Virus record (IMG/VR): IMGVR_UViG_2744054979_000005
DNA length: 18,975 nucleotides
DNA from: a virus
Taxonomy: Duplodnaviria > Heunggongvirae > Uroviricota > Caudoviricetes
Direction: 5' to 3' (one strand)
The notes beneath the pieces are model-generated. The model saw only the letters and a program-made list of their open reading frames with translations, was not told the DNA's origin and searched no databases. Within the stretch, counting starts at the first letter, position 1. Each line of letters begins with the position of its first letter. The translations under genes and the position numbers were made by a program. Positions 7,740-16,212 of the stretch are shown one piece after another.

Positions 7740-8057
7740 ATGGCAGCAATAGTGGAAAAACTCAGGGCGCAGTGCCGTATTGATACAGATGATGCAACTG
7801 ATGATGAGTTACTGATGCTGTATTTCCGGGCTGCCTGCCGCAAGGCAGAAAATTTTATCAACCGTAAGCTTTATGAGGAGACGGTGCCGGAAGGTGATCC
7901 TGAAGGGGTGCTTATAGCTGATGATGTTTTGCTGGCGCTCATGTTGCTGGTCGGGCACTGGTACGAAAACCGGGAAAATTCCTCAGATGTCAGCAAGGCA
8001 CCAGTCCCGTTTGGTTTTTCTTCTCTGCTGGAGCCTTATCGTTTTATTCCTTTGTAG
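7740..8057 (+). CDS. head-tail connector / DNA-packaging adaptor (gp6-like)
   Basis: ATG at 7740 preceded by GCAGGAG. 105-aa product MAAIVEKLRAQCRIDTDDATDDELLMLYFRAA... resembles the gp6-like head-tail connector family. The track ORF start at 7560 lies inside the capsid gene and terminator. Confidence 0.75.
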   Translation: MAAIVEKLRAQCRIDTDDATDDELLMLYFRAACRKAENFINRKLYEETVPEGDPEGVLIADDVLLALMLLVGHWYENRENSSDVSKAPVPFGFSSLLEPYRFIPL

Positions 8058-8065
8058 GAGGAGAC

Positions 8066-8404
8066 ATGCAGGCGGGCAGATTACGTGATCGCGTAATTAT
8101 TCTGAATGTCACCACCGCCCGCTCTCCGTCAGGGCATCCGGTGGAGACGGTGACGGAGGGAGCTACCGTATGGGCAGAAGTTAAGGGTATCAGCGGGAGG
8201 GAGATAATCTCAGGCGGAGCAGAAACCGCTCAGGCTACGGTCAGAGTCTGGATGAGATTCCGGCGCGATGTGACAGCGACTTCACGTCTGAAAGTGCTGA
8301 CCGGTGCATTTAAAGGGGCCATTCTGGGTATAGAAGGTCCACCAATACCGGATGCACGCGCTACCCGGCTTGAAATACTCTGCAGCCTGAAGGGGAATGT
8401 GTGA
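8066..8404 (+). CDS. head closure / head-tail joining protein (gp7-like)
   Basis: 112-aa ORF with strong AGGAGGAG RBS. Size and position fit a head-tail adaptor. Confidence 0.7.
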   Translation: MQAGRLRDRVIILNVTTARSPSGHPVETVTEGATVWAEVKGISGREIISGGAETAQATVRVWMRFRRDVTATSRLKVLTGAFKGAILGIEGPPIPDARATRLEILCSLKGNV

Positions 8405-8850
8405 TGGATTTCAGTCTTGATTTTTCCGGCCTGGCGGATATTGCACGGGATTTGGAGACGCTCAGCAGGGCAGAAAACAATAAGGTTCTGCGCGATGCCA
8501 CCCGTGCCGGTGCTGAAGTTATGCGGGATGCAGTTGTTGAACGTGCGCCGGAGCGAACCGGGAAACTGAAGAAAAATGTGGTTGTTCTCACTCAGCGTTC
8601 AAAGCGTCGGGGGGAAATTATCTCGGGTGTCCACATTCGCGGACGGAACCTGCGAACCGGAAACAGTGATAACAGCATGAAAGCCAGCGATCCCCGAAAT
8701 GCATTTTACTGGCGCTTTGTGGAGCTGGGAACGATAAACATGCCCGCGCATCCATTCATTCGCCCGGCTTTCGATACGACAGAGGAACTGGCAGCACGGA
8801 TTGCCATACAGCGAATGAATCAGGCTATTGATGAGGTCTTAAGTAAATGA
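8401..8850 (+). CDS. tail component protein (HK97 gp10-like family)
   Basis: 149-aa ORF whose start overlaps the previous stop (GTGATG). Positional and compositional match to HK97 gp10-type neck/tail proteins; assignment from memory of the family. Confidence 0.6.
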   Translation: MMDFSLDFSGLADIARDLETLSRAENNKVLRDATRAGAEVMRDAVVERAPERTGKLKKNVVVLTQRSKRRGEIISGVHIRGRNLRTGNSDNSMKASDPRNAFYWRFVELGTINMPAHPFIRPAFDTTEELAARIAIQRMNQAIDEVLSK

Positions 8851-9191
8851 GAGAGGCCACACTGTATTCCCTGTTGTCTCAGCTGGCCGGAGGACAGGTT
8901 TATCCTTATGTGGTCCCACTGACGGAGGGAAAGCCTGCGGTATCTCCGCCGTGGCTGGTGTTTTCTGTGGTGTCTGACACGGCATCTGATGTGCTTGATG
9001 GGCAGGCTGAATCCAGAATTACCGTGCAGATCGATGTCTGGGCGACAGTACCTGATGACGCAGATAATATTCGTGAGCAGGCGCTTGATGCGGTAAGAAA
9101 ACTGGCACCCTCCGTTATTTCTAAAACGCAGGGTTATGATCCTGACTCCCGTCTGAGCAGAGCCACGCTTGAATTTCAGGTAATAGCCTGA
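8847..9191 (+). CDS. tail completion/terminator-like protein (DUF3168-like)
   Basis: 114-aa ORF with ATGA overlap to the upstream gene. The motif VYPYVVPLTEGKPAVSPPWLVFSVVS resembles DUF3168 tail proteins. Last gene before the major tail gene. Confidence 0.6.
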   Translation: MREATLYSLLSQLAGGQVYPYVVPLTEGKPAVSPPWLVFSVVSDTASDVLDGQAESRITVQIDVWATVPDDADNIREQALDAVRKLAPSVISKTQGYDPDSRLSRATLEFQVIA

Positions 9192-9211
9192 GGTCATTAA
9201 TGATTTTACCC

Positions 9212-9234
9212 ACCCGCCGCTGGCGGGTTTTTTT
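9212..9234 (+). terminator. rho-independent terminator-like hairpin before major tail gene
   Basis: ACCCGCC-gct-GGCGGGT stem-loop followed by a 7-T run, then an AGGAGA RBS for the major tail gene. Confidence 0.65.
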
Positions 9235-9251
9235 ATTTTCAGGAGACGAGT

Positions 9252-9956
9252 ATGTCCTCTAATTTTGAGCGTTCGCAACTGACGAAAATTATGATTTCGT
9301 CTGCACCGGTAACAGCAGAAACCCTGGATTCTGCCAGCTATCTTGGCCTGAGCTGTACAATCAAAGAGGTGCAGTTTACCGCAGGACAAAAGCAGGATAT
9401 TGATGTCACCACGCTGTGTTCTGTTGAGCAGGAAAATATTAACGGTCTTGGTGCCGCGTCAGAGATTTCCATGTCAGGCAACTTTTATCTGAATGCTGCC
9501 CAGAACGCGTTGCGCAGTGCCTATGACAATGACACCACGTATGGCTTTAAAGTTATTTTTCCGTCAGGCAACGGATTTACCTTTATGGCAGAGGTGCGTC
9601 AGCATACCTGGTCTGCAGGAACCAATGGTGTTGTGGCTGCAACGTTTTCCTTGCGCCTGAAAGGTAAACCTGTGCTGACGACAGAGCCGCTGAAAGTGAA
9701 GGCCGATTTAAAAAGCACGCTGCGGGTTGCTTCCGGAGCGAAACTTGAAATGGCGGTTGAGGCTGCGGGTGGTGTGCCGCCTTATTCTTATGTCTGGAAG
9801 AAAGGTGGTTCTCCTGTTTCCGGACAGACGGCGGCAACGTTCAGTAAGGCATCGGCAGTATCCGGTGATGCGGGTGCATATACCTGCGAGATTTCTGATT
9901 CAGCAAGCCCGGTTAACAAAGTGACCTCCACTTCCTGCACTGTAACCGTCAGTTAA
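9252..9956 (+). CDS. major tail protein with C-terminal Ig-like domain
   Basis: 234-aa ORF with AGGAGA RBS, directly upstream of the G/T chaperone pair and tape measure. C-terminal ~90 residues (about 9684-9953; PPYSYVWKKGG...AGAYTCEISDSAS...TVTVS) look like a bacterial Ig-like domain, as found on lambda gpV-type tail tube proteins. Confidence 0.8.
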   Translation: MSSNFERSQLTKIMISSAPVTAETLDSASYLGLSCTIKEVQFTAGQKQDIDVTTLCSVEQENINGLGAASEISMSGNFYLNAAQNALRSAYDNDTTYGFKVIFPSGNGFTFMAEVRQHTWSAGTNGVVAATFSLRLKGKPVLTTEPLKVKADLKSTLRVASGAKLEMAVEAAGGVPPYSYVWKKGGSPVSGQTAATFSKASAVSGDAGAYTCEISDSASPVNKVTSTSCTVTVS

Positions 9957-9970
9957 TGAGGATGGATGTG

Positions 9971-10342
9971 ATGACTAAAAATATCCGTAATCTGGCACTG
10001 GCAACGATGTCGGGGTTTCGCCATAAAACCGTTGATGTGCCTGAATGGGAGGGAGCAACGGTTGTGTTACGGGAACCTTCTGCAGAAGCCTGGTTGCGCT
10101 GGCAGGAGATCGTTAAAGCAAAAGATGATGAGACACCGTTATCCGTTGCGGAGCGCGCCCGCCGAAATCTGGAGGCAGATGTTGAACTGTTCATTGATGT
10201 TCTGTGTGATACCGGACTGCAACCCGTATTTTCAGAGGATGATCGTGAACAGGTGATTGCCGTGTATGGCCCGGTGCATGCGCGGCTTCTTCGGCAGTCT
10301 CTGGAACTGATCAGTGATGCCGGCGAGGTTAAAAAAAAGTAG
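9971..10342 (+). CDS. tail assembly chaperone (gpG analogue)
   Basis: ORF between major tail and tape measure genes. ATG at 9971 follows GAGGATGG; in-frame ATGs at 9956 and 9962 are alternatives. Ends TAG at 10340-10342 just after an A8G slippery tract. Confidence 0.8.
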   Translation: MTKNIRNLALATMSGFRHKTVDVPEWEGATVVLREPSAEAWLRWQEIVKAKDDETPLSVAERARRNLEADVELFIDVLCDTGLQPVFSEDDREQVIAVYGPVHARLLRQSLELISDAGEVKKK

Positions 10343-10644
10343 CGCTTCCGGGGATGCGTTTTCTGATGATGCTGGCGCTCAGGATGGGGCGCACATTGTC
10401 AGAGTTACGCCGGGAAATGTCCGCATCAGAAATCATGATGTGGGCAGAATTTGACAGGTTCAGCCCGCTGGGGGACGAACGGGCTGATATCCGGGCTGCC
10501 CAGATTGTTTCAGCTGTTTACGGTGCGCAGGGGGTCAAAGTGCCACTGAATGATGCGCTTCTTCAGTGGGAGAAGGAGCAGACAGAAGGCGTATCAGATC
10601 CATTTGCCGGACTGGAAAACGCGCTTTTAATAGTGTCTCAGTGA
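9971..10644 (+). CDS. tail assembly chaperone G-T fusion produced by -1 frameshift (T-frame extension 10333-10644)
   Basis: The conserved G/GT arrangement of long-tailed phages. The -1 frame ORF (track 10354-10644, 96 aa) begins exactly at the slippery site and ends just before the tape-measure gene. Confidence 0.7.
10333..10339 (+). other. programmed -1 ribosomal frameshift slippery heptamer A-AAA-AAG
   Basis: In the G frame the codons are gtt-aaa-aaa-aag-tag, so the heptamer A AAA AAG (same as the E. coli dnaX site) sits immediately before the G stop. The -1 frame has a TAA at 10330-10332 and is open from 10333 to 10644. Confidence 0.7.
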
Positions 10645-10652
10645 GTCAACAT

Positions 10653-10674
10653 AACCGCTTCGGCGGTTTTTTTT
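10653..10674 (+). terminator. rho-independent terminator-like hairpin with UUCG tetraloop before tape-measure gene
   Basis: AACCGC-ttcg-GCGGTT stem-loop followed by 8 T, between the GT stop (10644) and the tape-measure start (10685). Confidence 0.6.
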
Positions 10675-10684
10675 CGTCCGGAGA

Positions 10685-13600
10685 ATGAGTGTGGCGACAT
10701 TACGTGAACTGATTATTAAAATCTCGGCAAATTCCCGGTCATTCCAGTCAGAGATCTCCCGGGCTTCGCGTATGGGGCAGGATTACTACCGTACCATGCA
10801 GAACGGAGGCCGGCAGTCCGCTGCTGCATCCCGTGAAATGCGGCGTGCACTGGCAGAAGTGACGGATCAGATAAATACAGCTAAATCTTCGGCACTGAAT
10901 ATGGCGGGGGCATTTGCCGGGGCTTTTGCTACCGGTCATCTTATTTCTTTCGCCGATGAGTGGAATTCAGTAAATGCCCGTCTGAAGCAGGCCTCACAGT
11001 CCAGTGATGATTTTCAGGCATCACAGCGTGAATTAATGGCGATCAGCCAGAGAACGGGGACGGCGTTTTCTGATAACGCCAGCCTTTTTGCCCGTTCTGC
11101 AGCTTCCATGCGGGAGTATGGTTACAGTTCTGAGGAGGTACTGAAAGTCACCGAGGCGATCTCCACGGGCCTGAAATTATCCGGTGCCAGTACAGCAGAA
11201 GCCAGTTCGGTGATCACGCAGTTCAGTCAGGCACTGGCGCAGGGAGTGCTGCGCGGTGAAGAGTTTAACTCGGTGAATGAGAACGGCGATCGTGTTATTC
11301 GTGCGCTGGCTGCGGGAGTGGGGGTTGCCCGTAAGGATCTGAAGGCCATGGCGGATAACGGAAAGTTGACCGCCGATAAGGTTGTTCCTGCACTGATTAG
11401 TCAGCTTGGGGCATTACGTGATGAATATGCGGCAATGCCTGATACGGTTTCATCCTCTGCAACCAAAGTTGAAAACGCCTTTATGGCCTGGGTTGGTGGT
11501 GCGAACGAGGCAAGCGGAGTGACGAAGACGCTCTCCGGTGTGCTGAATGGTATTGCAGGCAATATTGACACTGTGGCAACCGCTGCCGGTGCTCTGGTTG
11601 CCGTCGGGGTAGCCCGATATTTTGGCAATATGGCGTCTTCTGCTGGATCTGCAACTGCCGGATTAATTACTGCAGCCAGAAACGAAGTGGCTCTTGCGGA
11701 AGCGCAGCTCCGGGGGACACAGATAGCAACAGCCAGGGCGCGTGCGGCGGTTTATCGTGCGCAACAGGCGGTTGTTGCTGCTCGCGGTACCGAAAGGCAG
11801 GCAGCCGCAGAAGCGAAACTGGCTGCTGCCCAGGCATCACTTACCCGTAATATTGCGGCCAGAACAGCAGCACAGACAACGCTGAATACTGTCACGTCAG
11901 TGGGAAGTCGTCTGTTAAGTGGAGCACTGGGACTGGTTGGTGGGGTGCCGGGGCTTGTCATGCTGGGGGCCGCGGCCTGGTACACGATGTATCAGAATCA
12001 GGAGCAGGCCAGAGAATCTGCACGCCAGTATGCCGCAAAAATCGACGAAATTCGCCAGAAAACGTCGGCAATGTCGCTTCCTGAAGCGTCAGATAATGAG
12101 GAAAAGACGCGGCAGGCACTTGATGAGCAAAACAGGTTAATTGACGAGCAGAAAAGTAAGATTAAATCCTTACAGGAAAAAATTGCTGGCTATCAGTATG
12201 TGCTGGCAAACCCGGGCTGGACAACCGATAACGGTTTTATGATTAACCACATGACGTCGGTAAAAACAGTCACAGAAGGGCTTGCAGAAGCAACAAATCA
12301 ACTGGCAGTTGAACAGTCCCGTCTCACACAAATGCAGGGCAAAGCGCAATCCATTCAGGATGTGCTTGCCGGGCTGGAGGAGCGGCGGGTTGCGTTGATC
12401 CGTCAACAGGCGGCGGAACAAAACAAAGCGTATCAGTCCCTGTTGATCATGAATGGGCAGCATACCGAGTTTAATCGCCTTCTTGGGCTTGGTAATGAAT
12501 TACTTCAGCAGCGACAGGGGCTGGTGAATGTACCGTTACGGCTACCACAGGCAACCCTGGATGATAAACAGCAGACCGCACTGAATAACAGCAAGCGCGA
12601 ACTGGCTCTGTCCCGCCTTAAGGGGGAAGCGCGTGAGCGTGCCCGACTGGGCTATGCTGCGGATGATCTCGGCTTTGTGGGAGAGGCGTATCAGACAGCC
12701 AGACAGAATTATATCAATAACTCACTGGATGCCTGGCGAAATAACCAGGCAAATAAACCCAAAGCGCATAAAAAGACCGAAGCGGAAAAAACAGAAGATA
12801 TTTATAAACGGCTGATTAAACAGCAAAAAGAACAGATAGCACTGGCAGGGCAGAATACTGAACTGGCTAAGATGAAATATCAGGTCAGTCAGGGCGAATT
12901 ATCAACCCTGTCAGAAGCGCAGAAAAAAACGCTTTTGCAGAATGCAGCACTCATCGACCAGAAAAAGATTCGTGAGCAGCTTGCTGCGTATGAAAGCAGC
13001 CTGGCGGACAGTAATGCCAGTACCCGGGCGTCTAACGACGCGCAGTTACTGGGATATGGTGAAGGCTCACGGATGCGTGAACGACTCCAGGAAATGTGGA
13101 GTATCCGGCATGAGTTTGAGCAGAAAAATAACGAGCTGCTGAGACAGTATCAGGCCGGAGAAATTGAAGAAGCCCTGTGGAAACAGGAGAAAGAACTGAA
13201 TAAAAAATATCTGGAAGAGCGTCTCAGCGATCAGCAGGATTATTATGCAAAGGCCGATGCTTTACGTAATAACTGGAATGCAGGACTCCAGGAGGGGCTG
13301 ACCAACTGGGCAGACAGTGCCACCGATTATGCTTCGCAGGCGGCAGATGCTGTCGTTTCCACTATGGACGGGCTGGTATCAAATATTTCCGATGCGCTGG
13401 CCGGAAATGTTGTGGACTGGAGAAACTGGGGGAGTTCAATTCTCCAGGAAGTTTCAAAAATTCTGATGAATGCGGCCATTGTTAACGGACTGAAGTCACT
13501 CTCCGGTGCCGGAGGGTGGCTTGGTACGGTCGGCGGATGGATTTCGGGGGCGGTGGCAAACGCAAAAGGTGGTGTTTACACATCGGCAAATCTGAGTGCT

Positions 13601-13918
13601 TACAGTAACACTATTGTGGATACACCGACGTATTTTGCTTTTGCGAAAGGTGCCGGGCTGATGGGCGAGGCCGGGCCTGAAGCTATCATGCCACTGACAC
13701 GGGCAGCGGACGGCTCTCTTGGGGTCAGAGCCATTGGCAATGTGAATAGTGGCGGGGGGGTTGTTTATTCTCCCGTGTATCACATCAGCATTCAGAATCA
13801 AGGGAGCAATGGCGAGATAGATGCGCGCTCAGCCAGGGGACTGGTGGATCTGATCGACAGCAGGGTTGTGTCAATTATGCAGTCATCGCGTCGGGATGGA
13901 GGATTGTACAGTGCCTGA
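10685..13918 (+). CDS. tail tape measure protein
   Basis: 1077-aa ORF with GGAG RBS. Ala/Gln-rich coiled-coil-like composition. Canonical position after the G/GT chaperones. The C-terminal region (…RRDGGLYSA) resembles the C-terminus of lambda gpH. Confidence 0.95.
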   Translation: MSVATLRELIIKISANSRSFQSEISRASRMGQDYYRTMQNGGRQSAAASREMRRALAEVTDQINTAKSSALNMAGAFAGAFATGHLISFADEWNSVNARLKQASQSSDDFQASQRELMAISQRTGTAFSDNASLFARSAASMREYGYSSEEVLKVTEAISTGLKLSGASTAEASSVITQFSQALAQGVLRGEEFNSVNENGDRVIRALAAGVGVARKDLKAMADNGKLTADKVVPALISQLGALRDEYAAMPDTVSSSATKVENAFMAWVGGANEASGVTKTLSGVLNGIAGNIDTVATAAGALVAVGVARYFGNMASSAGSATAGLITAARNEVALAEAQLRGTQIATARARAAVYRAQQAVVAARGTERQAAAEAKLAAAQASLTRNIAARTAAQTTLNTVTSVGSRLLSGALGLVGGVPGLVMLGAAAWYTMYQNQEQARESARQYAAKIDEIRQKTSAMSLPEASDNEEKTRQALDEQNRLIDEQKSKIKSLQEKIAGYQYVLANPGWTTDNGFMINHMTSVKTVTEGLAEATNQLAVEQSRLTQMQGKAQSIQDVLAGLEERRVALIRQQAAEQNKAYQSLLIMNGQHTEFNRLLGLGNELLQQRQGLVNVPLRLPQATLDDKQQTALNNSKRELALSRLKGEARERARLGYAADDLGFVGEAYQTARQNYINNSLDAWRNNQANKPKAHKKTEAEKTEDIYKRLIKQQKEQIALAGQNTELAKMKYQVSQGELSTLSEAQKKTLLQNAALIDQKKIREQLAAYESSLADSNASTRASNDAQLLGYGEGSRMRERLQEMWSIRHEFEQKNNELLRQYQAGEIEEALWKQEKELNKKYLEERLSDQQDYYAKADALRNNWNAGLQEGLTNWADSATDYASQAADAVVSTMDGLVSNISDALAGNVVDWRNWGSSILQEVSKILMNAAIVNGLKSLSGAGGWLGTVGGWISGAVANAKGGVYTSANLSAYSNTIVDTPTYFAFAKGAGLMGEAGPEAIMPLTRAADGSLGVRAIGNVNSGGGVVYSPVYHISIQNQGSNGEIDARSARGLVDLIDSRVVSIMQSSRRDGGLYSA

Positions 13919-14252
13919 GCCTGAAGTTTTTAACTGGATCCCCCGTGAGGGGATGGAGACGACACGAAAGCCATCAGTTATTACGGTAAAGTTTGGTGAC
14001 GGATATGAACAGAGACGGGCTGGTGGTCTGAATGCGGATCTGAAAACGTTTAAACCGGTATTTCGTGTCACAGATGAATATTCCCGTGCCGCGCTGGACA
14101 GTTTTTTATCCCGTCATGCCGGGATTCGTGCTTTTTTGTGGCGTCCGCCAAAACACAACAGGACTGTCCGGGTTGTCTGCAGGGAGTGGAGCATTTCGGA
14201 TAATGCCATGTATACCGATTTTAACTGTACCTTTGAAGAGGTCACTCACTGA
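13911..14252 (+). CDS. M: minor tail protein M
   Basis: Product ...VITVKFGDGYEQRRAGGLNADLKTFKPV...FLWRPP... matches lambda gpM from memory. Start chosen as GTG 13911, 6 nt after GGAGGA; in-frame ATG 13896 is an alternative. Stop overlaps the L start (TGATG). Confidence 0.85.
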   Translation: MPEPEVFNWIPREGMETTRKPSVITVKFGDGYEQRRAGGLNADLKTFKPVFRVTDEYSRAALDSFLSRHAGIRAFLWRPPKHNRTVRVVCREWSISDNAMYTDFNCTFEEVTH

Positions 14253-14950
14253 TGCAGGATATACAGCAGGAAACACTCAATGAGTGCACTAAAACGGAGC
14301 AATCCGCGCTGATCGTGCTCTGGGAAATTGATCTGACAGAGGTCGGCGGAGATCGTTATTTCTTCTGTAATGAGCAGAACGAAAAAGGTGAACCGGTCAC
14401 CTGGCAGGGGCGGCAGTATCAGGCATACCCCATTCAGGGGACGGGATTTGAACTGAACGGTAAGGGCAGTGCTGCCCGTCCGACACTGACGGTCTCTAAC
14501 CTGCACGGCATGGTCACCGGGATGGCGGAAGACCTGCAGAGTCTGGTCGGCGGAACGGTGGTCAGGCGTAAGGTTTACGCCCGTTTTCTGGATGCGGTGA
14601 ACTTCGTCAACGGAAACAGTGACGCCGACCCGGAGCAGGAGGTGATCAGCCGCTGGCGCATCGAGCAGTGCAGCGAACTGAGTGCGGTCAGTGCTTCTTT
14701 TGTACTGTCCACGCCGACGGAAACGGATGGTGCGGTTTTTCCGGGGCGCATCATGCTGGCCAACACCTGTACCTGGACCTATCGCGGTGATGAGTGCGGT
14801 TATAGCGGTCCGGCTGTCGCGGATGAATATGACCAGCCGACGTCCGATATCACGAAAGATAAATGCAGCAAATGCCTGAGTGGCTGTAAGTTTCGCAATA
14901 ACGTCGGCAACTTTGGCGGCTACCTTTCCATCAACAAACTTTCGCAGTAA
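14252..14950 (+). CDS. L: minor tail protein L
   Basis: 232-aa product MQDIQQETLNECTKTEQSALIVLWEIDLTEVGGDRYFFCNEQNEKGEPVTWQGRQYQ... is near-identical, from memory, to lambda gpL. Confidence 0.95.
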   Translation: MQDIQQETLNECTKTEQSALIVLWEIDLTEVGGDRYFFCNEQNEKGEPVTWQGRQYQAYPIQGTGFELNGKGSAARPTLTVSNLHGMVTGMAEDLQSLVGGTVVRRKVYARFLDAVNFVNGNSDADPEQEVISRWRIEQCSELSAVSASFVLSTPTETDGAVFPGRIMLANTCTWTYRGDECGYSGPAVADEYDQPTSDITKDKCSKCLSGCKFRNNVGNFGGYLSINKLSQ

Positions 14951-14955
14951 ATCCC

Positions 14956-15649
14956 ATGACAGAGACAGAATCAGCGATTCTGGNNGCCGGAGGGGGAAAG
15001 ATATTTCCCCTGCGTGAATATCTCCGGTGAGCCGGAAGATTATTTCCGGATGTCGCCGGAGGACTGGCTGCAGGCCAAAATGCAGGGTGAGATTGTGGCG
15101 CTGGTCCACAGTCACCCCGGTGGTCTGCCCTGGCTGAGTGAGGCTGACAGGCGGCTGCAGGTGCAGAGTGATTTGCCGTGGTGGCTGGTCTGCCGGGGGG
15201 CGATTCATAAGTTCCGCTGTGTGCCGCATCTTACCGGGCGGCGCTTTGAGCACGGGGTGACGGACTGTTACACGCTGTTCCGGGATGCTTATCATCTGGC
15301 GGGGATTGAGATGCCGGATTTTCATCGTGAGGATGACTGGTGGCGTCACGGTCAGAATCTCTATCTGGATAATCTGGAGGCCACAGGGCTGTATCAGGTG
15401 CCGTTGTCATCAGCACAACCGGGCGATGTGCTGCTGTGCTGCTTTGGTTCATCGGTGCCGAATCATGCCGCCATTTACTGCGGCGACGGCGAGCTGCTGC
15501 ACCATATTCCTGAACAACTGAGCAAACGAGAGAGGTATACCGACAAATGGCAGCGACGCACACACTCCCTCTGGCGTCACCGGGCATGGCACGCATCTGC
15601 CTTTACGGGGATTTGCAACGATTTGGCCACCGCATCGACCTTCGTGTGA
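14956..15649 (+). CDS. K: tail tip assembly protein K (MPN/JAMM + NlpC/P60 domains), interrupted by unresolved NN gap
   Basis: Downstream part (track 15014-15649) contains the JAMM motif HSHPGGLPWLSEAD and a Cys/His NlpC-P60-like region; near-identical to lambda gpK from memory. Upstream, ATG 14956 opens MTETESAIL in a different frame, which stops at NN (14984-14985). After NN the K frame resumes with PEGERYFPCVNISGEPE. This fits a full-length K whose N-terminal segment is hidden in the gap. Confidence 0.75.
14984..14985. other. NN: unresolved bases / collapsed gap inside gene K
   Basis: Literal nn. Reading frames on the two sides differ, so the true missing length is not 2 nt. Confidence 0.85.
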
Positions 15650-16194
15650 AAACGGGAGCCGAAGCTATCCGGGCGCTGGCCACGCAGCTCCCGGCGTTTC
15701 GTCAGAAACTGAATGAGGGCTGGTATCAGGTGCGCATTGCCGGGCGTGATGCAGGCGAAAACGAATTATCTGCCCGTCTTAATGAGCCGCTGGCAAATGG
15801 TGCCGTGATCCACATCGTGCCGCGTCTGGCGGGAGCTAAAAGTGGCGGTGTGTTTCAGGTGGTGCTGGGGGCGGCGCTGATTGCGGTGGCATGGTGGAAC
15901 CCTGTGGGCTGGCTGGGTGCCGCGGCTGTATCGGGCATGTATGCGGCAGGGGCCAGTATGATCCTGGGTGGTGTGGCCCAGATGCTGGCACCGAAAGCCC
16001 GGACGCCCACAGCGACCAGCACGGATAACGGTAAGCAGAACACCTATTTCTCATCACTGGATAACATGGTTGCCCAGGGCAATGTTCTGCCTGTTCTGTA
16101 CGGTGAAATGCGCGTGGGGTCTCGTGTGGTTTCTCAGGAGATCAGCACGGCAGATGAAGGGGACGGTGGTCAGGTTGTGGTGATTGGCCGCTGA
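15547..16194 (+). CDS. I: tail tip assembly protein I
   Basis: 215-aa product MAATHTLPLASPGMARICLYGDLQRFGHRIDLRVKTGAEAIRALATQLPAFRQK... matches lambda gpI from memory, including the C-terminus ...SQEISTADEGDGGQVVVIGR. The 5' 103 nt overlap the 3' end of K in another frame. Confidence 0.95.
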   Translation: MAATHTLPLASPGMARICLYGDLQRFGHRIDLRVKTGAEAIRALATQLPAFRQKLNEGWYQVRIAGRDAGENELSARLNEPLANGAVIHIVPRLAGAKSGGVFQVVLGAALIAVAWWNPVGWLGAAAVSGMYAAGASMILGGVAQMLAPKARTPTATSTDNGKQNTYFSSLDNMVAQGNVLPVLYGEMRVGSRVVSQEISTADEGDGGQVVVIGR

Positions 16195-16212
16195 TGCAAA
16201 ATATTTCATGTG

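Noticed and set aside
13866-13910. Extended 5' portion of gene M ORF
   Set aside because: It lies within the tape-measure coding sequence. The lambda gpM-like sequence begins near GTG 13911 (or ATG 13896), downstream of a GGAGGA RBS.
14246-15349. 367-aa minus-strand ORF containing an X
   Set aside because: Antisense shadow of L, K and I, all three of which match lambda proteins on the + strand; it also reads through the NN gap.
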